24,000 nucleotides of DNA, taken from an uncultured Granulosicoccaceae bacterium (GTDB lineage Bacteria; Pseudomonadota; Gammaproteobacteria; Granulosicoccales; Granulosicoccaceae). The stretch lies in contig CAKZSB010000026.1 of NCBI GenBank assembly GCA_937920585.1, forward strand, positions 22,984 to 46,983. The letters run 5' to 3'. How positions within the stretch are numbered: position 1 is the first letter of the stretch; each line of letters begins with the position of its first letter. Of the stretch, positions 8,598 through 16,064 are shown piece by piece. The position numbers and the translations under genes were made by a program. The notes beneath the pieces were generated by a model. It had not been told where the DNA came from. It made no database searches and saw only the letters and a program-made list of their open reading frames with translations.

Positions 8598-9242
8598 TCA
8601 GGCTGGTTCTGCACTGGGGTTAAAATAATGACGGCCGGCCTGGACGGTCAATATCTGTTTCAACAGCCGCCTATAATCCTGCTCACACTCATCGAAATCA
8701 ATCTCGGCAGCGTTAACAATTAAAACAGGTGTATGGTCGTAGGTATGGAAAAAGTTGGTGTAGGCCTGCTGCAATCGCGCTATATAGCTACTCGCAATCG
8801 ATTGTTCAGAGCTTATTCCGCGTTTTTCGATGCGTTCGTAAAGTACGTTCAGGGGCGCCTGCAAATAGATCACGAGGTCTGGCACAGGCAGATCGAATTC
8901 CAGTTCAGCACTTATTTCACTGTACAGATTAAACTCATCTTCATTTAACGTGAGCTCGGCAAACAGCCGATCCTTGTGCCACAGGAAGTCAGACACCCAA
9001 CAGCGGCTGCTTTCGTCCTGTCCCAATTGCCGCAAGGCCCTGCGCCGCGACATCAGAAAATGCAGTTGGGTAGGCAGTGCGACACTGGCCGGTGAGCGAT
9101 AGAATTTGTTTAGAAACGGATTCTGCGCAGCTTCTTCCTGCACCAACCCGGCCTTCAGGGATCGAGCCAGCCGTCGTGCCAGGGTTGTTTTACCCACCCC
9201 GATTGGCCCTTCTACCGCTACGTATTCAAGTTGATGCTGCAC
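8598..9242 (-). CDS. Deoxynucleoside kinase family protein
   Basis: P-loop VEGPIGVGKTTLARRLA plus dNK-family features (FLMSRR, DRLFAE, ERIEKRG lid-like segment); about 214 aa. The start codon is GTG (9240-9242). Confidence 0.75.
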   Translation of the reverse strand: MQHQLEYVAVEGPIGVGKTTLARRLARSLKAGLVQEEAAQNPFLNKFYRSPASVALPTQLHFLMSRRRALRQLGQDESSRCWVSDFLWHKDRLFAELTLNEDEFNLYSEISAELEFDLPVPDLVIYLQAPLNVLYERIEKRGISSEQSIASSYIARLQQAYTNFFHTYDHTPVLIVNAAEIDFDECEQDYRRLLKQILTVQAGRHYFNPSAEPA

Positions 9243-9315
9243 GCGTGCGCTCCTGTAAATTTCCGGGGTTCTTGCTCGGCGCCGAGTCTCACACTAAGTC
9301 CTGCGCCCAATTGCG

Positions 9316-10608
9316 TCAGCCTTTGTCGGCTTGCGGACGCCGGCGCCGGCGACGCGCTGCAGGACGCGATTGCTTGCGCGCCGCTTCAATGATTGCCTGC
9401 GACTCCGGACTCTCCTGCAATTCCTCCCAGCGCTTGCAGATCGACTCGAGATCCTCGCCGGCATCATTGCGCAAACACAAAAAATCATACGCTGCCCGAA
9501 AGCGTGGATTACTCAGCAAGCTGGCAGCGCGCTTGCCACGTGCCTTGAGCAAGCGTGGCTGCAAGGCCCAGATCTCGCGCATAGGCACGGAATACCGACG
9601 CGGCAGTGACGTGGCGCTAAGTTGTGTCGGGATGATTTCATCGGCGGCAAGATGCAGAGCTGCGATACTGGCTTCACCCGCTGCTTCGTGCCGCGCAGCA
9701 TGTTCTACGACATCGGGCCACAGCAGCACTGCATAAATAAACGCAGGCGTTACGGGCTGCTCTTCGCGAATTCGTTTGTCGGTGTTGCGAAGCGCCAGTT
9801 CCGCCAGTGCGTGAGCATAGCCATCACCTGCGTCAAGCCGCACGGCCGTCAGTGGAAAAAGAAATTGTAATAGATCCAGTTCGCGCAACATGGCAAAGCT
9901 ATCCTGCCCGTCACCCGACTGCAGTAACTTGAGCACCTCTTCGAACAAGCGAGCCGGCGGAATCTCCTTCAACAGGTGTCGATGCTCATCGATCGCCTCA
10001 CGAACACTATCGTCGATGGCAAAGTCTAGTTTGGCAGCAAAACGCACCGCGCGCAGAGCCCGCACAGGATCTTCGACCACACGCTCCGATGCATTGCCGA
10101 TAAATCGCAACAGGCGATTCTCGATATCAGCGCGGCCTTCATAAAAATCGACGACTGAGAAATCCGCGATGTTGTAGTACATCGCATTGACGGTGAAATC
10201 GCGTCGCACGGCATCCTCGGCCAGTGATCCGCCGAAAACGTTATCCCGCACGATGCGCCCGCTCTCGCCAGTGGCTCCGCCATCGCCATCCGAGTGATCG
10301 GCGCGAAAGGTGGCCACCTCGATAATTTCTCGCCCGAATACAACGTGGGCGAGCCTGAAGCGTCGCCCGATCAGCCGACAGTTGCGGAACAACTCTTTGA
10401 CTTCTTCCGGACTGGCGTCGGTTGCGATATCAAAATCTTTCGGGTGCCGCTCAAGCAGTAAATCGCGGACACCTCCGCCCACAAGATAGCTGGCAAAGCC
10501 CGCTTCGTTGAGCCGATAAAGCACCTTTAGCGCGTTGCTACTGATCGATTTTCGCGACACACAGTGGTCGCTACGCGGTATGACAATGGGTTCTGGTAAA
10601 TTGCTCAA
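9316..10608 (-). CDS. pcnB: Poly(A) polymerase I
   Basis: Colinear by eye with E. coli PcnB: IVIPRSDHCVSRKSISSNALKVLYRLNEAGF, LVGGGVRDLLL..PKDFDIAT, RNCRLIGRRFRLAHV, RRDFTVNAMYY, and an Arg-rich tail. The start is TTG at 10606-10608. No ATG/GTG/TTG lies further upstream in the open frame, and the first downstream GTG would remove the conserved IVIPR segment. Confidence 0.9.
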   Translation of the reverse strand: MSNLPEPIVIPRSDHCVSRKSISSNALKVLYRLNEAGFASYLVGGGVRDLLLERHPKDFDIATDASPEEVKELFRNCRLIGRRFRLAHVVFGREIIEVATFRADHSDGDGGATGESGRIVRDNVFGGSLAEDAVRRDFTVNAMYYNIADFSVVDFYEGRADIENRLLRFIGNASERVVEDPVRALRAVRFAAKLDFAIDDSVREAIDEHRHLLKEIPPARLFEEVLKLLQSGDGQDSFAMLRELDLLQFLFPLTAVRLDAGDGYAHALAELALRNTDKRIREEQPVTPAFIYAVLLWPDVVEHAARHEAAGEASIAALHLAADEIIPTQLSATSLPRRYSVPMREIWALQPRLLKARGKRAASLLSNPRFRAAYDFLCLRNDAGEDLESICKRWEELQESPESQAIIEAARKQSRPAARRRRRRPQADKG

Positions 10609-10729
10609 TGAACTAGTCTGAACCTGTGCCTTGCGAGATCTCGATGAGAGGGAACTGCCATTCGAAACCGACGCCCGCCCGCCCGCGTAGGTATGGTTGG
10701 CACTCTGTCGACAGGCGCTGCTGCACGAA

Positions 10730-11074
<345 letters not shown>

Positions 11075-11103
11075 CTACCGTGGCGCCAATTTGGCTCGCC
11101 CTG

Positions 11104-12309
11104 TTATCTGGCTGTGTCAAGTGCTGACGTTGATGATACTTTGTGAATGGACAAATCTGCACCTCGGTACTCGGCTTCTTCGTCGAGCCGGATTCCGACT
11201 GTAAGCTTCAACACGCCGTAGACGCCAAAGCCCGTCAACAACGCGATCGTAATGCCGGCTACTGTACCGATTAGCTGAGACAAAAGCGTAACGCCGCCAA
11301 TCCCGCCCAGCGCCTCGGTGCCGAAGATGCCGGCCGCAATTCCGCCCCAGGCACCACACACGCCGTGCAATGGCCAAACGCCCAGCACGTCATCGACCCG
11401 GAGGCGATTCTGCGCAAGCATAAACAACCACACAAACAGCACACCAGCCACTGCACCGACGATCAGGGAGCCAATAGGGTGCATGATATCGGATCCGGCA
11501 CACACTGCCACCAGACCGGCCAGCGGCCCGTTGTGAACAAAACCTGGATCATTTTTACCGGCGATGAGTGCCGCAAGCAGGCCGCCCACCATCGCCATCA
11601 GCGAATTCATTGCCACCAGTCCGCTGATGCCGCCCACTTCCTGCGCCGACATGACATTGAATCCAAACCAGCCGACGGTCAGGATCCAGGCACCGAGCGC
11701 CAAAAACGGAATACTGGAAGGCGGATGCGCCAGCACTACGTTTGAATCCGAAGAGTACCGGCCTTTGCGCACGCCGAGCAATATTACCGCGCCCAGTGCA
11801 ATCCAGCCACCGAAGGCATGCACGACCACGGATCCAGCGAAGTCATGGAAGGGCGCACCGCCGATTCGTTCAACGATGTCCTGAAACCCCGCATTGCCAT
11901 TCCAGACCAGCCCCTCGAAAAACGGGTACGCGAAGGCGACGATGATCAACGAGGCGAACAACTGCGGATAGAATCGCGCGCGCTCGGCAATTCCACCGGA
12001 AATTATCGCTGGAATCGCGGCGGCAAACGTCAGCAGAAAGAAAAATTTAACCAGTTCATAGCCATTAGACTCGGCTAGTTCAGACGCTGGCCGGAAGAAG
12101 TCGACCCCGTAGGCAATTGAGTAGCCGACGAAAAAGTAAGCCAGCGCAGACGCACCGAAATCACTGAAAATTTTGACCAGCGCGTTGACCTGGTTTTTTT
12201 CCCTGACAGTTCCCACTTCGAGAAAAGCAAAACCTGCGTGCATCCAAAGCACCAGAATGGCGCCCATCAGCACAAACAGGGTATCGGCGCCCGATTGAAG
12301 ACTTTCCAA
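11104..12309 (-). CDS. amtB: Ammonium transporter (Amt family)
   Basis: About 11 TM helices, Amt signature FHDFAGSVVVHAFGGWIAL, and a C-terminal acidic tail EEAEYRGADLSIH. The start is TTG at 12307-12309; it is the first start codon after an in-frame TAG, and the first ATG would truncate TM1. Confidence 0.9.
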   Translation of the reverse strand: MESLQSGADTLFVLMGAILVLWMHAGFAFLEVGTVREKNQVNALVKIFSDFGASALAYFFVGYSIAYGVDFFRPASELAESNGYELVKFFFLLTFAAAIPAIISGGIAERARFYPQLFASLIIVAFAYPFFEGLVWNGNAGFQDIVERIGGAPFHDFAGSVVVHAFGGWIALGAVILLGVRKGRYSSDSNVVLAHPPSSIPFLALGAWILTVGWFGFNVMSAQEVGGISGLVAMNSLMAMVGGLLAALIAGKNDPGFVHNGPLAGLVAVCAGSDIMHPIGSLIVGAVAGVLFVWLFMLAQNRLRVDDVLGVWPLHGVCGAWGGIAAGIFGTEALGGIGGVTLLSQLIGTVAGITIALLTGFGVYGVLKLTVGIRLDEEAEYRGADLSIHKVSSTSALDTAR

Positions 12310-12370
12310 AGTGATTGTCCGCCAACGTAAAACCGCAATTGTAAAGTATTCAGCCAGGCGTGGCAGCTTT

Positions 12371-12386
12371 GGCTAGTGTCGATCCA
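12371..12386 (-). promoter_or_regulatory. Weak sigma-54-like -24/-12 candidate upstream of amtB
   Basis: The minus strand reads TGGATCGACACTAGCC. The GG and GC dinucleotides have the correct 10-nt spacing, but there are 2 mismatches in the -24 box and 1 in the -12 box relative to TGGCAC-N5-TTGC. It lies about 62 nt upstream of the amtB start. Low confidence. Confidence 0.2.
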
Positions 12387-12450
12387 TACACAGCCCGAAA
12401 AAAGAATGGCTCGGGCAGACTGGATTCAACGTCAGCCGGGCAGACGAACC

Positions 12451-12867
12451 TCAGGCTTCGCCGCCGTCGCGCCCCTTGATCTTTTGCAATAGTCGCCGGT
12501 CGCGCTTGCTGGGCCGACCTGCGAGTTGCTCGCCACGGCTGAGCAGGCGATCGGTCTTGAGCTTACTGGCCAACTCCTCACGTTTGGCGATGCTCTCGGG
12601 TGATTCGGTGTACAGCGTGCGAGCCACCGGGGCTGGTCCGCGACGACTGCTCAGCGCCTCTATTTGAACCACGAACTCAAAAGGGCCCTTGGTAATCTCC
12701 AGAGTCTGTCCAATGCTGATATTGCGCGACGGCTTTACCCGCGCGCCATCGACATGAACGCGCCCGCCGCTGACGGCTTCGGTCGCCAGTCCGCGAGTCT
12801 TGAAAAAACGCGCCGCCCAGAGCCATTTATCGAGCCTAACCCGAGCTTCACCTGCCTCGTCAGTCAT
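12451..12867 (-). CDS. hslR: Ribosome-associated heat shock protein Hsp15 (S4 RNA-binding domain)
   Basis: RLDKWLWAARFFKTRGLATEAVSGGRVHVDGARVKPSRNISIGQTLEI is the HslR S4 domain; basic C-terminal tail. ATG start at 12865-12867. Confidence 0.85.
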   Translation of the reverse strand: MTDEAGEARVRLDKWLWAARFFKTRGLATEAVSGGRVHVDGARVKPSRNISIGQTLEITKGPFEFVVQIEALSSRRGPAPVARTLYTESPESIAKREELASKLKTDRLLSRGEQLAGRPSKRDRRLLQKIKGRDGGEA

Positions 12868-12896
12868 CGGACCCCGTCGGTCGAAGAAATCTCGGT

Positions 12897-13556
12897 TCAG
12901 TATAACCCGCGATACTGCTCCAGCCAGCGCTGCAGTGCCGGATTTTCCATTGCCGGCAGGTCATCGAGCGACGGCAGGTCGGCAGCCGTGTCAATGTCTG
13001 TGCACTCGGCGAGTACTTCATGCTCGATCGAACATCGCTGCATCGCCTGTCGGGTCTTCTCAGCGACGGTAGCTGTGCCCCAGGCAATGTCGTGAAACAG
13101 GCTATGGTGGCTGCGTTGCAGCGCCAGGGCGACATAGCCGCCATCGTTGGCAGGCACCATTACGGCCTGTGCCCCGCGATTGAGCCGAGCATCAATCTGC
13201 GCTACCAGTGCGCAATCTATCTGCGGACAATCGGCACCGATCAGCAATGGTATTTCACCGTTTCGGTGTGCGCTGTCGACCGCTGTTTCCATGCGCTCGC
13301 CTAAATCAGCACCCTGCTGAAGCTGAAATCTGCCGCCACTTATCGCGAGTAAGTGCTGGTAGTGCGGCAGTGTCGGGGATTCCGTGCCCCAAAGTTCAAG
13401 CGCGCAACAGGAGGATAATCGGTTGAACAGATCGTCGAGCATGGCCAGTTGCAACTCGTAGGCAGCGACTTCCCCCAGGCTGGGAATCAGGCGACTTTTC
13501 ACCTGCCCGGGACGTGGATAGCGCGCAAACACCTGGACAACGATTGCACTGCTCAT
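12897..13556 (-). CDS. DUF2064-type transferase (rSAM/selenodomain-associated transferase 1-like)
   Basis: N-terminus VVQVFARYPRPGQVKSRLIPSLGEVAAYEL, with GADLGERM, LIGADCP and PANDGGYVALAL, matching what I remember of DUF2064/TIGR04282. ATG at 13554-13556 overlaps the upstream stop (ATGA). Confidence 0.7.
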   Translation of the reverse strand: MSSAIVVQVFARYPRPGQVKSRLIPSLGEVAAYELQLAMLDDLFNRLSSCCALELWGTESPTLPHYQHLLAISGGRFQLQQGADLGERMETAVDSAHRNGEIPLLIGADCPQIDCALVAQIDARLNRGAQAVMVPANDGGYVALALQRSHHSLFHDIAWGTATVAEKTRQAMQRCSIEHEVLAECTDIDTAADLPSLDDLPAMENPALQRWLEQYRGLY

Positions 13557-14227
13557 TCGGATCTATAGATCGCTGCAAGCCGTACCGGAGAGGCGCCGAA
13601 AAAATACATCAGACGCAGTCGCCACATCAGCAGTATGGTGCGCATCACGCCATGACGCTCCCAGCGACGACTGGATGTCTGAAGTTCATCAGGCAGACAT
13701 ATCGGCGCGCGCTCATTGCGCAAACGCCGGGAAATCTCGATATCTTCCATCAGGGGTTGTTGCGGGTAGCCTTCGATTCGATGAAACAATTCGGCACAGA
13801 CAAAGATCCCCTGATCGCCGGTGGCGATTCCGGTCAAGCGGGATCGAAGGTTCATGCAAAACGCGATCATGCGAAATTTCCAGCCATCGCCGCTCAGACG
13901 AACATTGAATCGCCCCCAGCAACCCGGTGGCAATGCCTGGAGCTTTTCAACTGCCGCGGGCGGGACGAGTGAATCTGCATGGAGAAACCACAAATATTGC
14001 CCACTCGCCGCTTGCGCTCCGGCATTCATCTGTAGCGCCCGTCCGGCCATCGAGGTAACGACAAGCTCATCGACAAGGGGGGTGGCGACTGCCACCGTTT
14101 GATCGCTGCTGCCGCCATCGACAACAATCACTTCGTGCTGGCACCGCCGAGCCGCCTGCAACTGTGCCAACAAAAACTGCAGGCCCGCCGCCTCATTGAG
14201 GGCAGGGACAATGATCGATACCTTCAA
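13553..14227 (-). CDS. Family-2 glycosyltransferase-like protein (rSAM/selenodomain-associated transferase 2-like)
   Basis: VSIIVPALNEA, EVIVVDGGSSDQT, GRALQMNAGA, WFLHADS, GDQGIFV, MEDIEISRRLR and TSSRRWE are GT2 motifs in the pattern I recall for TIGR04283. The start is TTG at 14225-14227. No other start lies between it and the upstream stop, and internal starts would delete the conserved N-terminus. Confidence 0.75.
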   Translation of the reverse strand: MKVSIIVPALNEAAGLQFLLAQLQAARRCQHEVIVVDGGSSDQTVAVATPLVDELVVTSMAGRALQMNAGAQAASGQYLWFLHADSLVPPAAVEKLQALPPGCWGRFNVRLSGDGWKFRMIAFCMNLRSRLTGIATGDQGIFVCAELFHRIEGYPQQPLMEDIEISRRLRNERAPICLPDELQTSSRRWERHGVMRTILLMWRLRLMYFFGASPVRLAAIYRSE

Positions 14228-14251
14228 CGCTTTCTCAAATCCGAGCGAGCG

Positions 14252-15217
14252 CTACTGCGTTAACGCGCCGCCACAACTGGACCCCTGGCCTGCTGTGCAG
14301 CCGTAACAGTGGTCGGCAATAGCGATAGCATCACCGGCAATTGAATCGGCAGTGATATCTCGCAGATGACGACGTTGCAACTTGCCACCGAGTGGCATCG
14401 CCAGCATCTGGTTAAAATCGCAGTCGTAAACGTAGCCATCGTAGTCGACGCTCAGGGTGTTGGTGCACATCACGCTGGCCAGATTTTCCTGCCGGTAGGC
14501 ACTTTTCAACAGGTTCATGTAGGGTTCAAACTGCCCCTTGGAAATCAGCATACTGCCAAAGCGCTGGATCGGGAGATTGGTCAGGGTGAGCAGGTTGTCG
14601 AAAGTGATGCCGAACTGCTCTTGCAGAAATTGCTTGTAGTCGCGTTCAAGCTCCTGTTGTGGCGGTGGCAACACAGCCCCCTGCGGATTGAACACGAGGT
14701 CGAGGCTCAGCTGACTGTCCGCACGCCCGTAACCCAGCGCATTGAGCTTTTGCAAACCGGTGATGCTGGCATCAAACACGCCTTTGCCGCGTTGCCGATC
14801 AACGTTGTCTTCCATGTAACACGGCAATGACGCCACGATATCCACCTCATGCGCGGCCAGGTACTCAGCGAGATCTTCCTGCCCCTCCTCTTCAAGCACG
14901 GTCAGGTTACACCGATCAATAACCCGAATGCCGCGTTTGCGCCCACCCTCTACCAGGGTTCGGAACTGGCTGTTGAGTTCAGGAGCACCGCCGGTCAGAT
15001 CGAGTGTGTGGATATCCGACTGCTCAATAAAAGTGAGCACCTGGGCTGCAGTCTCGGCATCCATCATCTCGGTCCGCTTGGGCCCGGCATTGACATGGCA
15101 GTGTGTGCAGCTTTGATTGCAGTAGTACCCCACGTTAATTTGCAATATCTCGAGCTTGCGCCGTTTGATCGCGGGGAAGTCAGTCTTTTCTAGGAGTGGA
15201 AATGTCGCGTGCACCAA
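14252..15217 (-). CDS. Radical SAM enzyme with C-terminal Cys-rich domain (ArsS / TIGR04167-like)
   Basis: Radical SAM cluster motif YYCNQSCTHCH (CxxxCxxC), LDLTGGAPEL, CDFNQML, and the C-terminal HCYGCTAGQGSSCGGAL tail. The start is TTG (15215-15217) or the adjacent GTG (15212-15214). An in-frame TGA lies 3 codons upstream, so an ATG start is impossible. GAGG SD 4-7 nt upstream. Confidence 0.85.
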   Translation of the reverse strand: MVHATFPLLEKTDFPAIKRRKLEILQINVGYYCNQSCTHCHVNAGPKRTEMMDAETAAQVLTFIEQSDIHTLDLTGGAPELNSQFRTLVEGGRKRGIRVIDRCNLTVLEEEGQEDLAEYLAAHEVDIVASLPCYMEDNVDRQRGKGVFDASITGLQKLNALGYGRADSQLSLDLVFNPQGAVLPPPQQELERDYKQFLQEQFGITFDNLLTLTNLPIQRFGSMLISKGQFEPYMNLLKSAYRQENLASVMCTNTLSVDYDGYVYDCDFNQMLAMPLGGKLQRRHLRDITADSIAGDAIAIADHCYGCTAGQGSSCGGALTQ

Positions 15218-15268
15218 GTCGCCTCATCGCTTGTTATCGTGGAACCGGCCCAAAGCGAGCAGGCTTGT

Positions 15269-15367
15269 AAAAAACCGGACCAGTCTCCACCATCGCGGTG
15301 ATGTGACGCTCCAACCCAGCAAACCACGCTGCGAGTATGCCCCAAGCCCGATCGGCTCCGGTTTTTT
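15269..15367. repeat. 11-bp perfect inverted repeat bracketing 77 nt in the divergent rSAM / ycgL intergenic region
   Basis: AAAAAACCGGA (15269-15279) and TCCGGTTTTTT (15357-15367) are exact reverse complements. They lie inside the 176-bp region between the rSAM start (15217) and the ycgL start (15394). Confidence 0.5.
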
Positions 15368-15393
15368 ATTTTGTGATTCAATTGAGACAAGCC

Positions 15394-15654
15394 ATGAACG
15401 TTTTTGTTTACCGCAGCGGCAAAAAAAACACCTGGTATCTTTACATCCTGGAGGAAGGCAATTTCGATCCGGTTCCTGAACAGCTGCTGGGAACACTTAA
15501 CCCGCTTGAACTGGCATTGCAATTTGAACTGCACCCGGGCCGCACACTGGCCAGGGGCAATACCGAGCAGGTGATCGCAGACCTGCAAAGCAAAGGTTAT
15601 CATTTGCAAATCGGCGATCCGCTGATCGCCGATCTGGCAGAGCGAGCCCACTAG
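15394..15654 (+). CDS. ycgL: YcgL-domain protein (DUF709)
   Basis: MNVFVYRSGKKNTWYLYILEEGNFDPVPEQLLGTL...KGYHLQ aligns by eye with E. coli YcgL ([30 protein letters not shown]...QGYYLQ). I use the internal ATG at 15394; the track ORF starts 19 codons earlier. Confidence 0.8.
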   Translation: MNVFVYRSGKKNTWYLYILEEGNFDPVPEQLLGTLNPLELALQFELHPGRTLARGNTEQVIADLQSKGYHLQIGDPLIADLAERAH

Positions 15655-15655
15655 A

Positions 15656-15693
15656 GGCCGTTTGCTAAGGTGTTACCTTATTACCAGACGGCC
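15656..15693. repeat. Nested inverted repeat between convergent ycgL and cytochrome c genes (possible bidirectional terminator)
   Basis: GGCCGT (15656-15661) / ACGGCC (15688-15693) enclose TAAGGT-GTT-ACCTTA (15666-15680). There is no flanking T/A run, so this is not a canonical intrinsic terminator. Confidence 0.35.
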
Positions 15694-15709
15694 CGCTGGG
15701 GCGGAGGCT

Positions 15710-16054
15710 CTAGCGATTCAGTACGCTCAGGGACGATTCCTGGCTGGAAAAATAGGCGGCGAGATCGCGCATATCCTGATCAGTGAGACTGACCACCTGG
15801 CCTGCCATAATCGCGTTGTTACGCGCGCCGGATTTGTAATCACTCAGGGCGCGCAGCAAATAGCTTTCGTATTGCCCGGCCAGTATCGGATTCATCGCGA
15901 TGGTGCTGTTGCCATCCGCTGCATGGCAGGTGCCGCAAAGCTTCTCTTCGGAAAGCTTTTTGCCGTTAGCCGCGTCACCGCCGGCGTTGGCAGCGCCCGA
16001 TATGGCCAGAACTGCTGCCGCCAAACAGCCGCTGATTGTTAGTCTGTTTATCAT
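15710..16054 (-). CDS. Monoheme class I c-type cytochrome (cytochrome c4 domain-like)
   Basis: Signal peptide MINRLTISGCLAAAVLAISGAANA, haem motif CGTCHAADGNS, then PILAGQYESYLLRALSDYKSGAR.NAIMAG...LTDQDMRDLAAYFSSQ, as in a cytochrome c4 half-domain. Confidence 0.8.
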   Translation of the reverse strand: MINRLTISGCLAAAVLAISGAANAGGDAANGKKLSEEKLCGTCHAADGNSTIAMNPILAGQYESYLLRALSDYKSGARNNAIMAGQVVSLTDQDMRDLAAYFSSQESSLSVLNR

Positions 16055-16064
16055 GTTTGCGGCC

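Noticed and set aside
9077-9736. 219-aa Arg/Ala/Ser-rich ORF on the + strand
   Set aside because: It overlaps the dNK and pcnB genes in antisense. Its composition is that of an out-of-frame GC-rich read.
12310-12450. Canonical sigma-54/NtrC control region for amtB
   Set aside because: No TGGCAC-N5-TTGC match and no TGCACC-N5-GGTGCA enhancer site on the minus strand. Only a degenerate GG-N10-GC candidate, reported at low confidence.
15190-15651. 153-aa ORF on the - strand spanning the rSAM/ycgL intergenic region
   Set aside because: It is antisense to ycgL and overlaps the rSAM start. It has no motif, and ycgL homology explains the region.
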